A stretch of 64,000 bases of DNA from an uncultured Clostridia bacterium (GTDB taxonomy: Bacteria > Bacillota > Clostridia > Christensenellales > DTU072), in the NCBI GenBank assembly GCA_946621465.1, contig CAMOOO010000003.1, forward strand, positions 119,389 to 183,388, given 5' to 3'. The position numbers and the translations under genes were made by a program. The notes beneath the pieces are model-generated. The model did no database searches. It was given only the letters and a program-made list of their open reading frames with translations, and was not told the origin of the DNA. Of the stretch, positions 27,543 to 34,712 are shown piece by piece; the first letter of the stretch is position 1; each line of letters opens with the position of its first letter.

Positions 27543-27762
27543 AGTGAAAAGAAACGTCAACCGACAGAGACCTTCCGTATTTATCGGCAAGGTGGGCGGA
27601 CCGTACCCGGCGCCCCCTCCGGCGAGCAACATCAACCTTCCGTCGATGGGTCAGGACCAGGGTGCGCCCTATTATAACGGCGACTACATGGACAGAGGAC
27701 TGGACGACTACAACGCATTGCATTATTACGGACTGGATGGTCTGGATAATATAGACTTTTAG
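27532..27762 (+). CDS. Soluble mini-protein, Pro/Gly/Tyr/Asp-rich, ending LDNIDF
   Basis: The ATG overlaps the end of the 26715 gene by 11 nt and has RBS aggaga. 76 aa, no TM segment. The acidic-aromatic C-terminus resembles that of the 26324 product. Confidence 0.5.
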   Translation: MLRRVKRNVNRQRPSVFIGKVGGPYPAPPPASNINLPSMGQDQGAPYYNGDYMDRGLDDYNALHYYGLDGLDNIDF

Positions 27763-27770
27763 GAGGAAGA

Positions 27771-28424
27771 GTGGAAGACAAGAACGTCGGCGATACGCTG
27801 AACCTGCAGAAAGAGGAATCGAGAGATTTCGGATTCGTAGGGTACAGAGAGTATAAAGAGAGTGAGTTTTATAAGAGATACGAAAGGGCTCGCTCCGCCG
27901 TGCCGCAGGAAACGCTGAACGAATTGGACGGAAAGCCCACGCCTAAACCGCGCAAAAAAATCGGCGTCGGGTCCTCGGTGTTCGTTTTGCTATTGAGCTG
28001 CTTTTACGTTGCGTTATGCGTTATCGGCTACGTTCTATCCAACTTTTTAACACTGAACGTCTTTTTATCCAGCTTATTCGGAGTCTTTGACGGAAAAAAT
28101 ATCGTTACCGCGTTCATCGGATTTTTGGACGGTGACCTCGGTGACATCGTAGATATGATCGGGTTCTTTGCCATGGCGGTGGCATGCGTGCTGGCACTAT
28201 TCGCCTTTATCGGCGGCATCGTCTGCGCGGCGACGGGGAAAGGATTCGGTAAAGTAATCAGATTCGGTTGCTTTATGACGTTCTTAACGACGGTGGTATC
28301 CATTGTCTGCGAGATCATACGTCGTTTGGATATAACAATCGGTATTTCGGTACTCGTTATTCTGTCCGGGATCATTGCGATACTGGCACTGACGGCGCCG
28401 AGAAAGGAAAAGGAGAAAGACTAA
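27771..28424 (+). CDS. Array member 5: 4-TM module protein (GTG start). Function unknown
   Basis: AGGAGG 4 nt before the GTG. TM1 SSVFVLLLSCFYVALCVIGYVL. TM2-TM3 loop GKGFGKVIRFGCF. Tail PRKEKEKD. Confidence 0.65.
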   Translation: MEDKNVGDTLNLQKEESRDFGFVGYREYKESEFYKRYERARSAVPQETLNELDGKPTPKPRKKIGVGSSVFVLLLSCFYVALCVIGYVLSNFLTLNVFLSSLFGVFDGKNIVTAFIGFLDGDLGDIVDMIGFFAMAVACVLALFAFIGGIVCAATGKGFGKVIRFGCFMTFLTTVVSIVCEIIRRLDITIGISVLVILSGIIAILALTAPRKEKEKD

Positions 28425-29335
28425 TGGTCGGACACATCAACTGGTGGCTCAGTGACGGCGGCAAAAAAAGACCTGCCAAAAAGTCACACGCCGAACCAAA
28501 ACAGAATCCGAATGCAAGCGTGCAGTCGACACCCGTCGTACAGCCGTTTGTCGTCGTGCCTTATTCCACTCCGATGCAACCCATCTATCATTATAACGAC
28601 GGGACCATTCCCATCGGCGACATCGACTCCAATTACGTACGCGCTCACGGGATGCCCGATCAGATGATGCAGATGAATCCGATGATGCAACAAAACCCCA
28701 TGATGCAGCCCAATCCGATGATGCCGCAAAACCCCATGATGGCAGGACAAATGGGCGGCATGGATGATCTATATTATAATATGGATGAAGAGAGCCAAAA
28801 AATAACGAAGAAAAACACCGGCAAAAAGCGTAAAGGCGGCGGCGTAGGCGCGGTGCCGCTGATCGTTATGTTGCTCCTGGCTTTGTTCGCCACCTTGACG
28901 TTATTTATCGGATCGATCGTTAGCCTTCTTGGGATGGATATGTCCTCGGCTTTTGCCGTTTCCGGTTCGGAGGAAGCGACGCTGTTTTCTTCGTTCGGAA
29001 CAACGATCGGCATATTTACCGGAGAGACGGCGCTTACGGGTGAGTTCGTTATTTCGCAATTACTGTTGACCATATCCACGGTGCTGTTTGGTATCGTATT
29101 TTTGTCGGCGCTCGTTTCGATCACGCGCAAAAAGTTATCTACTTTTGTCCGGGTCGTAGCACTAATCGCCGTTTCGTTGATTGTTGTGGCACTTATTTTG
29201 TGCCTGGTTACCGAGAGTATTGAACTCGGGCTTGCCGCGTACGCATTGACCGGCATCGCTGTGCTGACTTTCCTGATTTCCCTTATCGGAAAGAAAAACA
29301 GAAGCAGAAAGAAAAATAGGGGAAGAAGAAAATGA
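28424..29335 (+). CDS. Array member 6: VPY motif, (x-x-N-P-M-M)x4 repeat, 4-TM module. Function unknown
   Basis: The start is moved to the ATG in the TAATG overlap with the preceding stop (RBS aaaggagaaag). VVQPFVVVPYSTPMQPIYHYND. MMQMNPMMQQNPMMQPNPMMPQNPMM. Four TM segments and a KKNRSRKKNRGRRK tail. Confidence 0.7.
   Translation: MVGHINWWLSDGGKKRPAKKSHAEPKQNPNASVQSTPVVQPFVVVPYSTPMQPIYHYNDGTIPIGDIDSNYVRAHGMPDQMMQMNPMMQQNPMMQPNPMMPQNPMMAGQMGGMDDLYYNMDEESQKITKKNTGKKRKGGGVGAVPLIVMLLLALFATLTLFIGSIVSLLGMDMSSAFAVSGSEEATLFSSFGTTIGIFTGETALTGEFVISQLLLTISTVLFGIVFLSALVSITRKKLSTFVRVVALIAVSLIVVALILCLVTESIELGLAAYALTGIAVLTFLISLIGKKNRSRKKNRGRRK
28670..28741 (+). repeat. Four tandem 18-bp (hexapeptide) repeats inside the 28424 gene
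   Basis: cagatgaatccgatgatg / caacaaaaccccatgatg / cagcccaatccgatgatg / ccgcaaaaccccatgatg, giving QMNPMM QQNPMM QPNPMM PQNPMM. Confidence 0.85.
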
Positions 29336-29838
29336 ATAAAGTAAAGAAAAAAGCATTGAGAACGGGTGTGGACGAGAACTTCGTCCGTCTCGAGTACAGT
29401 TGTCCGAAGTGTGGCAATTCCATTTCCATTGCCGCTAAGCGTTGCCCTTTCTGTCGTAACAAACGTCCGGACAATGCCTATGAACGCTCTTTGCAACAAC
29501 AAGAAGAAGCATTCATGACGTCTATGCCCCAAAGAAAGGCTCCGCAACCGGGGACTTTCAGTCAAAGACCTTTGCCAAAGGACGCGTGCTACGCGCAGGC
29601 ATATGCTCCGGCAGGATGTATGGTGTATTCGGCACCCTCTCCGTCCGCTTGCTATTCCAGCCCGGATGCCGAACGTATGTATATACCGAAGTTTTATTCT
29701 ACCGACGAGTACGGCAGAGTATTTGAGATGCCCGTGAGCTATAAGCCTCTCGGTATCGGCGGTCCGGTGCCAGTACCGACGCCTTCGCAGACGGTACAAA
29801 CGTCCCCGATCGACGTACCCGTCAACTTTAAAGTGTAA
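29332..29838 (+). CDS. Soluble mini-protein: zinc ribbon paralogous to that of the 22399 gene, plus a low-complexity tail
   Basis: ATGA start/stop overlap with the preceding gene. CPKCGNSISIAAKRCPFCRNKRPDNAY aligns with CAYCGKVNPIAAGKCLRCGKRRPRSEY. No TM segment. Confidence 0.65.
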   Translation: MNKVKKKALRTGVDENFVRLEYSCPKCGNSISIAAKRCPFCRNKRPDNAYERSLQQQEEAFMTSMPQRKAPQPGTFSQRPLPKDACYAQAYAPAGCMVYSAPSPSACYSSPDAERMYIPKFYSTDEYGRVFEMPVSYKPLGIGGPVPVPTPSQTVQTSPIDVPVNFKV

Positions 29839-29859
29839 TTTAACAAGGGAGAAGAAAAA

Positions 29860-30768
29860 ATGAACAACGACTCCAACAACAATACTTTACGCCGCGGCGT
29901 GGTGAATGGTCAAGCCGGAACCTGGGTCCCGGTCGATCAAGGGAGAGTTCCCGATACCGTAAGTACCGACCCCAATAACCCGAGCGTGGGAACGGACAAA
30001 AATTTCTATTATGCCGATCCGTTCGTCGTACCCGGGCAAGGTTCTCCTTATGCGGCTATGCCCTATGCCAACAATAATGCGTACAGTCAACAATACGGCG
30101 CGCCCCATCCGATCTCGGCGAATACCAATAATGCCATTCCGACGCCGTCGTCCATCGTGCAGTTGCCGCCAATCGTGCAACCCATTTCTTTGGTGCCGTA
30201 CGCGTCGCAAAATCAGCCGCTCGTTCAATACGATCCCAACGTCCGTCCCGAAGTTCCCGAGACCAAAACTCCGGAGCCGGTATACAGACGCAGACCCTAT
30301 CCCGGGATCAGTATTTTGGTTATCATCTTCTCCATCGTTGCTTTGCTGTTCGGCTGTTTGGTCCCGGTAGGTAAAACCACTTTCAATACCGTTATCAACC
30401 TCGTTCAGCAGGGTCAGATCTCCGAGCTGATCGGCGGTAATACCGATATGCTCATCCCCGTCGTGGTCGGTGTGCTGTACGCTCTTTCCTTTGTGTTCAT
30501 CATCATCGTATGTATCGACGCCATCGTTAAATTGTCTAAACAAAAAGTCATAGCAAAATTCAACGTCTTTAATCTGCTTGCTTTGATCTTCTTAGCGGCA
30601 GGGGTCGCGCTGACGATGCTCCTTCTGAGCGGTAGCGTGGTCGATTGTATCAGTGCCATCGTTATGGCAATGGTTGTTTTGATGATCATGTTGATCGTGG
30701 GCTTTGCGAACAGGGAGATTATGGAAGTAGACTACGTCGCTTCTAAGCAGACGTTTATAGTAAAATAA
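29860..30768 (+). CDS. Array member 7: Asn/Pro/Tyr-rich N-terminus, VPY motif, 4-TM module. Function unknown
   Basis: RBS agggag. IVQLPPIVQPISLVPYASQNQPLVQYD. TM1 ISILVIIFSIVALLFGCLV. TM2-TM3 loop KLSKQKVIAKF. Confidence 0.7.
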   Translation: MNNDSNNNTLRRGVVNGQAGTWVPVDQGRVPDTVSTDPNNPSVGTDKNFYYADPFVVPGQGSPYAAMPYANNNAYSQQYGAPHPISANTNNAIPTPSSIVQLPPIVQPISLVPYASQNQPLVQYDPNVRPEVPETKTPEPVYRRRPYPGISILVIIFSIVALLFGCLVPVGKTTFNTVINLVQQGQISELIGGNTDMLIPVVVGVLYALSFVFIIIVCIDAIVKLSKQKVIAKFNVFNLLALIFLAAGVALTMLLLSGSVVDCISAIVMAMVVLMIMLIVGFANREIMEVDYVASKQTFIVK

Positions 30769-30796
30769 GTTATGAATTAATACAATAAGAGGAAAC

Positions 30797-30834
30797 GGGT
30801 TGTGTCAGAAAAATGATGATACGACCCTTTTTTC
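30797..30834 (+). terminator. Terminator closing the paralog array
   Basis: gggttgtg / tacgaccc stem (contains G-U pairs) followed by ttttttc. Confidence 0.55.
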
Positions 30835-30849
30835 TAAAAGGAGCAAAAT

Positions 30850-31065
30850 ATGTTGGAAAAGATAAAAAGTATGATTGCCGAAACGCTCATGATCGACGAA
30901 AGTGAGATCACCGAGGATACCCGTTTTATAGAAGATTTGCACGCTGATAGCTTGGATATCGTCCAGATGATCATCGCTATGGAAAGGGAATTCGGCAAGA
31001 AATTCAGCGACGAAGAAATCACCAAGATAAAGTCGGTCGGAGACGTCATTTCATATTTAAAATAG
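30850..31065 (+). CDS. Acyl carrier protein (stand-alone)
   Basis: 71 aa. The phosphopantetheine-attachment motif DLHADSLDIVQMIIAMEREFG matches the DSLD consensus. RBS aaaaggag. Confidence 0.85.
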   Translation: MLEKIKSMIAETLMIDESEITEDTRFIEDLHADSLDIVQMIIAMEREFGKKFSDEEITKIKSVGDVISYLK

Positions 31066-31074
31066 GGGGAAAAG

Positions 31075-33951
31075 ATGCATAGCATAAAACGAATAAGAGG
31101 GGTCGTTTTTCTCTTAGTTATAACGGCGCTCATGGCGACTTTGTGCGCTTGCTCCTTGCTTAGCGGAGGGACGACGAGTTCCTCTACCGGAAGTACGGGT
31201 AGTACGACGCGCAGTTATAACGTAAAGTTGCATGATATAGACGGTTTTCTTGTCTACGACTTTATAGATAAAAATACGAAAATCATCAAAAAACCGGAAA
31301 TAGAACCAACTAAAGAAGGGTACGTTTTCGTACGGTGGTGTTCGGATGAAGAATGCACGACGGAGTTGCCGTACGGCACCGTTATTTCTTCCGACCTCGA
31401 TATCTACGCGCAATGGGACGTACAGAACGTGACGGTTACTCTCTATAATACCTTAGATAGAACCAGCTCAACCCTTTTGACGGAGTATAACGAAAAAGTG
31501 ACTCTGCCCGACAGACAGGCAGCCGGGTATACCTTCCTCGGATGGTTTACCGATGAAGGCGGGACCGTTGAATTCGACAAAACGAAAAAACTGACCGAAG
31601 ATATCACCCTTTGTACCGGTTGGTCGGTCATTCAGTACGTCATTCACTATCATACCGACGGTGGCGCCGTTGATACGGACGCGCCGACGGAGTATACCAT
31701 GTTCAGAGAAACCACCTTGCCGACTTCTTGTGAAAAGACCGGATACTCCTTCGTCGGTTGGTACGATAACGAGCAAAAGACGGGAAGCGCCTGCGTGAAA
31801 ATCGCAAGAGGACAACAGGGAGAAAAGAATTTTTACGCAAAATACGTCTGCGTCCTTGCCGAAGTGGAGGCGAAGTATCCCGACGGAAATTCGGTCATTG
31901 TAAATATAAACGACATCACAATTCGGGTGAGATACGACGGTGGGACCATTAGTTTAACGGATTATCTGACCTTCAGTGATAACGCTACCTATTCCATATC
32001 GAAAAACGGGAGCTCCGTTTCCGCTATCGTTTTGCAGGAGAATACGGGAGATACCACCATTACCCACGAGTATGACCTGAGCGTTACTTCGGAAGACGGG
32101 TCGACGGTCAAAACATATCACCTGCACGTTCAACAGTTTACTTCGTACAACCTTACCGTTAACTATTACAGTAACGGCGTTCTTTATTCTTCCGACAACA
32201 CCAAAAAAGCAGGCGGACAGGCATTCAGAGTCAGTGATCCTACGCCGGAAGCCGGATACCTGTTTGATTGTTGGGTTTTGGGGAGTTTGTCCGGAGAAGA
32301 ATACGATTTCGACAGCATTTTGACCCAAGATATCAATTTATATGCCCGTTACTCCACCATTGAATACAGTATCAGCTATTCTTTGGGATATTCGATAAAC
32401 GGAGTCAATCCCGCTACGTACACCGTTGAGGACGCGGTTACCCTTCAACCGGCTATACCAACGAACGAAGAATACGTTTTCGAGGGTTGGTACGACAGCG
32501 CCCTTTATAATAATAAGGTTACGGGAATAACCGAAGGAACCATCGGAGAGAAAACATTTTATGCGAGATTTTCGCTGAGAAACCGCATTTTAAAGGATTT
32601 TTCGCAGCAGCTTACCGGTACGCCGGCGGACGGATATTATACCGTTTCTTTGGCAGAACTGGACGATTATTTCCGCTACGCGATGTATAATCGTCTGACT
32701 GATTTACGGGTAAAGGTTACCGGTGGAACGCCCGGCGCGGTGATTTCGCCCTATTTGGAGTCCATTCCGGAGATTTCCAGAACGGTGGACGGCGGCTCTA
32801 TCAGTAACCGTAGTACTTATCCCGACTTGACGGCCGATTCCGAAGGGGTATGGGATATGAGTTCGGACTACAAAATAACGTTGCAATATTACGATTACGT
32901 TCCTAGCTATCAGTCTCAAGGTTCCGATTATCCCCAAGTTTTGCCCAAAGGCACCCATTTTTCGGCGCTGGGCAGAGACGGCGGCTTTGATGACTTTGCT
33001 ATCGATCACGTTGCCGACGGAATGCCGGTAACAGATAGCGAGCAGCTCGTCTATGCGGTGGAACACGGTTACCGCCCGATCCCCACTCCCAGTAGTGCGG
33101 CGGAAGCTATTTATGACCTGGCAAAAGGCATTTTACGCGACTACGTGGACGACGACATGACCGACTATGAAAAAGCGCTTGCTATCTACGAATATATCAT
33201 TCAAGAAGTCTCCTACGACCACGCTGTTTTCAATGCTGTCTCTCGTGGAGATATAACAAATGCCGACGCCAGTAAATATGCCTGCTTCTATTTAGAGGGG
33301 GTATTTGAGAACAAGATCGCCGTATGCGACGGGTATAGTAAAGCATTCATGCTTTTGTGCCGCATAGAAGGTATCCGCGTTGTTCAAATAGAAGGCGTTT
33401 CCGTCGCCGATAGCACCGGTCACGCCTGGAATAAAATTTGCTTATCCGTCGATGATAACGGTAGAGCATGGTACGTCGTTGACGCGACCAGCGGCGACAC
33501 TTTGACAAGATTCAGCGTCAATGACGCAAGAGAAGTTATGACGCACTCCTATTTCCTGTACACCGACGCCGTTATGGAAACCAGATATACCGAGGATACG
33601 GGGGAATACGATTACGAAGCGGAAACGACCCACGACTACTATGGTAACGACACCTTTACGCAGGATGAGGTTGAGTATACCTACGCTATTTCTTCCGACG
33701 AACAAATGGCGGCGTACCTGAAACATCTATTGGACGTTACGACGAACAGTCAATCGCAGATCAGTCTCGATCTCCACATCTGTTTGGAGAACAACGAGTA
33801 CGACCCCTTTACTTACGGAGAGAACGAAAAACCGAATGGAATCAGAATGTCTATTTTGCAGATGGTCGGAAGTAGGATCAATAATTACAGCATCACCTGG
33901 GTACAGGCGAGCGGAACCAATTATTTCACGTTCCTCTGCACAAGAGAATAA
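31075..33951 (+). CDS. Lipoprotein with Listeria-Bacteroides-type repeats and a C-terminal transglutaminase-like Cys protease domain
   Basis: Lipobox ATLCAC. GYVFVRWCS, GYTFLGWFT, GYSFVGWYD, YVFEGWYD repeats. C/H/D core CDGYSKAFMLLC ... GHAWNKI ... VVDATSGD. Confidence 0.8.
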   Translation: MHSIKRIRGVVFLLVITALMATLCACSLLSGGTTSSSTGSTGSTTRSYNVKLHDIDGFLVYDFIDKNTKIIKKPEIEPTKEGYVFVRWCSDEECTTELPYGTVISSDLDIYAQWDVQNVTVTLYNTLDRTSSTLLTEYNEKVTLPDRQAAGYTFLGWFTDEGGTVEFDKTKKLTEDITLCTGWSVIQYVIHYHTDGGAVDTDAPTEYTMFRETTLPTSCEKTGYSFVGWYDNEQKTGSACVKIARGQQGEKNFYAKYVCVLAEVEAKYPDGNSVIVNINDITIRVRYDGGTISLTDYLTFSDNATYSISKNGSSVSAIVLQENTGDTTITHEYDLSVTSEDGSTVKTYHLHVQQFTSYNLTVNYYSNGVLYSSDNTKKAGGQAFRVSDPTPEAGYLFDCWVLGSLSGEEYDFDSILTQDINLYARYSTIEYSISYSLGYSINGVNPATYTVEDAVTLQPAIPTNEEYVFEGWYDSALYNNKVTGITEGTIGEKTFYARFSLRNRILKDFSQQLTGTPADGYYTVSLAELDDYFRYAMYNRLTDLRVKVTGGTPGAVISPYLESIPEISRTVDGGSISNRSTYPDLTADSEGVWDMSSDYKITLQYYDYVPSYQSQGSDYPQVLPKGTHFSALGRDGGFDDFAIDHVADGMPVTDSEQLVYAVEHGYRPIPTPSSAAEAIYDLAKGILRDYVDDDMTDYEKALAIYEYIIQEVSYDHAVFNAVSRGDITNADASKYACFYLEGVFENKIAVCDGYSKAFMLLCRIEGIRVVQIEGVSVADSTGHAWNKICLSVDDNGRAWYVVDATSGDTLTRFSVNDAREVMTHSYFLYTDAVMETRYTEDTGEYDYEAETTHDYYGNDTFTQDEVEYTYAISSDEQMAAYLKHLLDVTTNSQSQISLDLHICLENNEYDPFTYGENEKPNGIRMSILQMVGSRINNYSITWVQASGTNYFTFLCTRE

Positions 33952-33953
33952 TA

Positions 33954-34694
33954 ATGAAATATAAAAAAAAGATAATCCCATTCAATATGAAAAAGACGGA
34001 CAACCTCGCGGTTATCCTCTTTTTTGCAACCTTTTTGGCGTTTGGGATCATCAATTTGGTCGATAAAAGGACCCCTTTACTCAGCACCGGATCGGTGTGG
34101 TTCGATAGTTTGATCGCATTCGGAATGTTTATTGTCGGAATGTTTTTGCACGAAGGTATCCACGCCTTAGTCGGTATTGTTTTGGGCAAAATCGGTATAA
34201 AAGGAGTAAAATTCGGCTTTGATATCGCCGCAGGAAACTTGTATACACACTTTATTGAGCCTATATCGGCGCGCGCCTACTCGGTTGCACTGATCATGCC
34301 GGCGATCCTTACCGGACTGGTCCCGATCGCCCTGACGACGGCGTTTGCGGGACCCATCCTCGTTGCGCCGGCCTGTTTGCTCCTCGCAGGGTGCGCCGGG
34401 GATATCGTGATGTTCTTTTCCACGCTGAAATGCCCAAAAAACGCGCTTATTGCCGATCATCCGACGGCCCTTGCATATTATCTGTGCTACCCGGAAAACG
34501 CCCTTCCCGAGGACTTTATCGAAGCGACGGAAGAAGAGGAAAAAGAAGCTCTCAAAAATTCCATCGGTCAGCCGTTTTATAGCGAAAAAGCCAAGAAAAA
34601 GAGCGTTTTATTGAAATGTCTGGGCATTTTGGCTTTTATCGCACTGTACGTGCTGATGATGTATCTTATTTCGATATTAATGAAAAATATATAA
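33954..34694 (+). CDS. Membrane protein with an HExxH motif (DUF3267-like putative zincin peptidase)
   Basis: FLHEGIHALVG between hydrophobic segments. About 5 TM segments. The family name comes from memory of the DUF3267 architecture and was not searched. Confidence 0.5.
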   Translation: MKYKKKIIPFNMKKTDNLAVILFFATFLAFGIINLVDKRTPLLSTGSVWFDSLIAFGMFIVGMFLHEGIHALVGIVLGKIGIKGVKFGFDIAAGNLYTHFIEPISARAYSVALIMPAILTGLVPIALTTAFAGPILVAPACLLLAGCAGDIVMFFSTLKCPKNALIADHPTALAYYLCYPENALPEDFIEATEEEEKEALKNSIGQPFYSEKAKKKSVLLKCLGILAFIALYVLMMYLISILMKNI

Positions 34695-34712
34695 ACTTAC
34701 GGAGGATTAATA

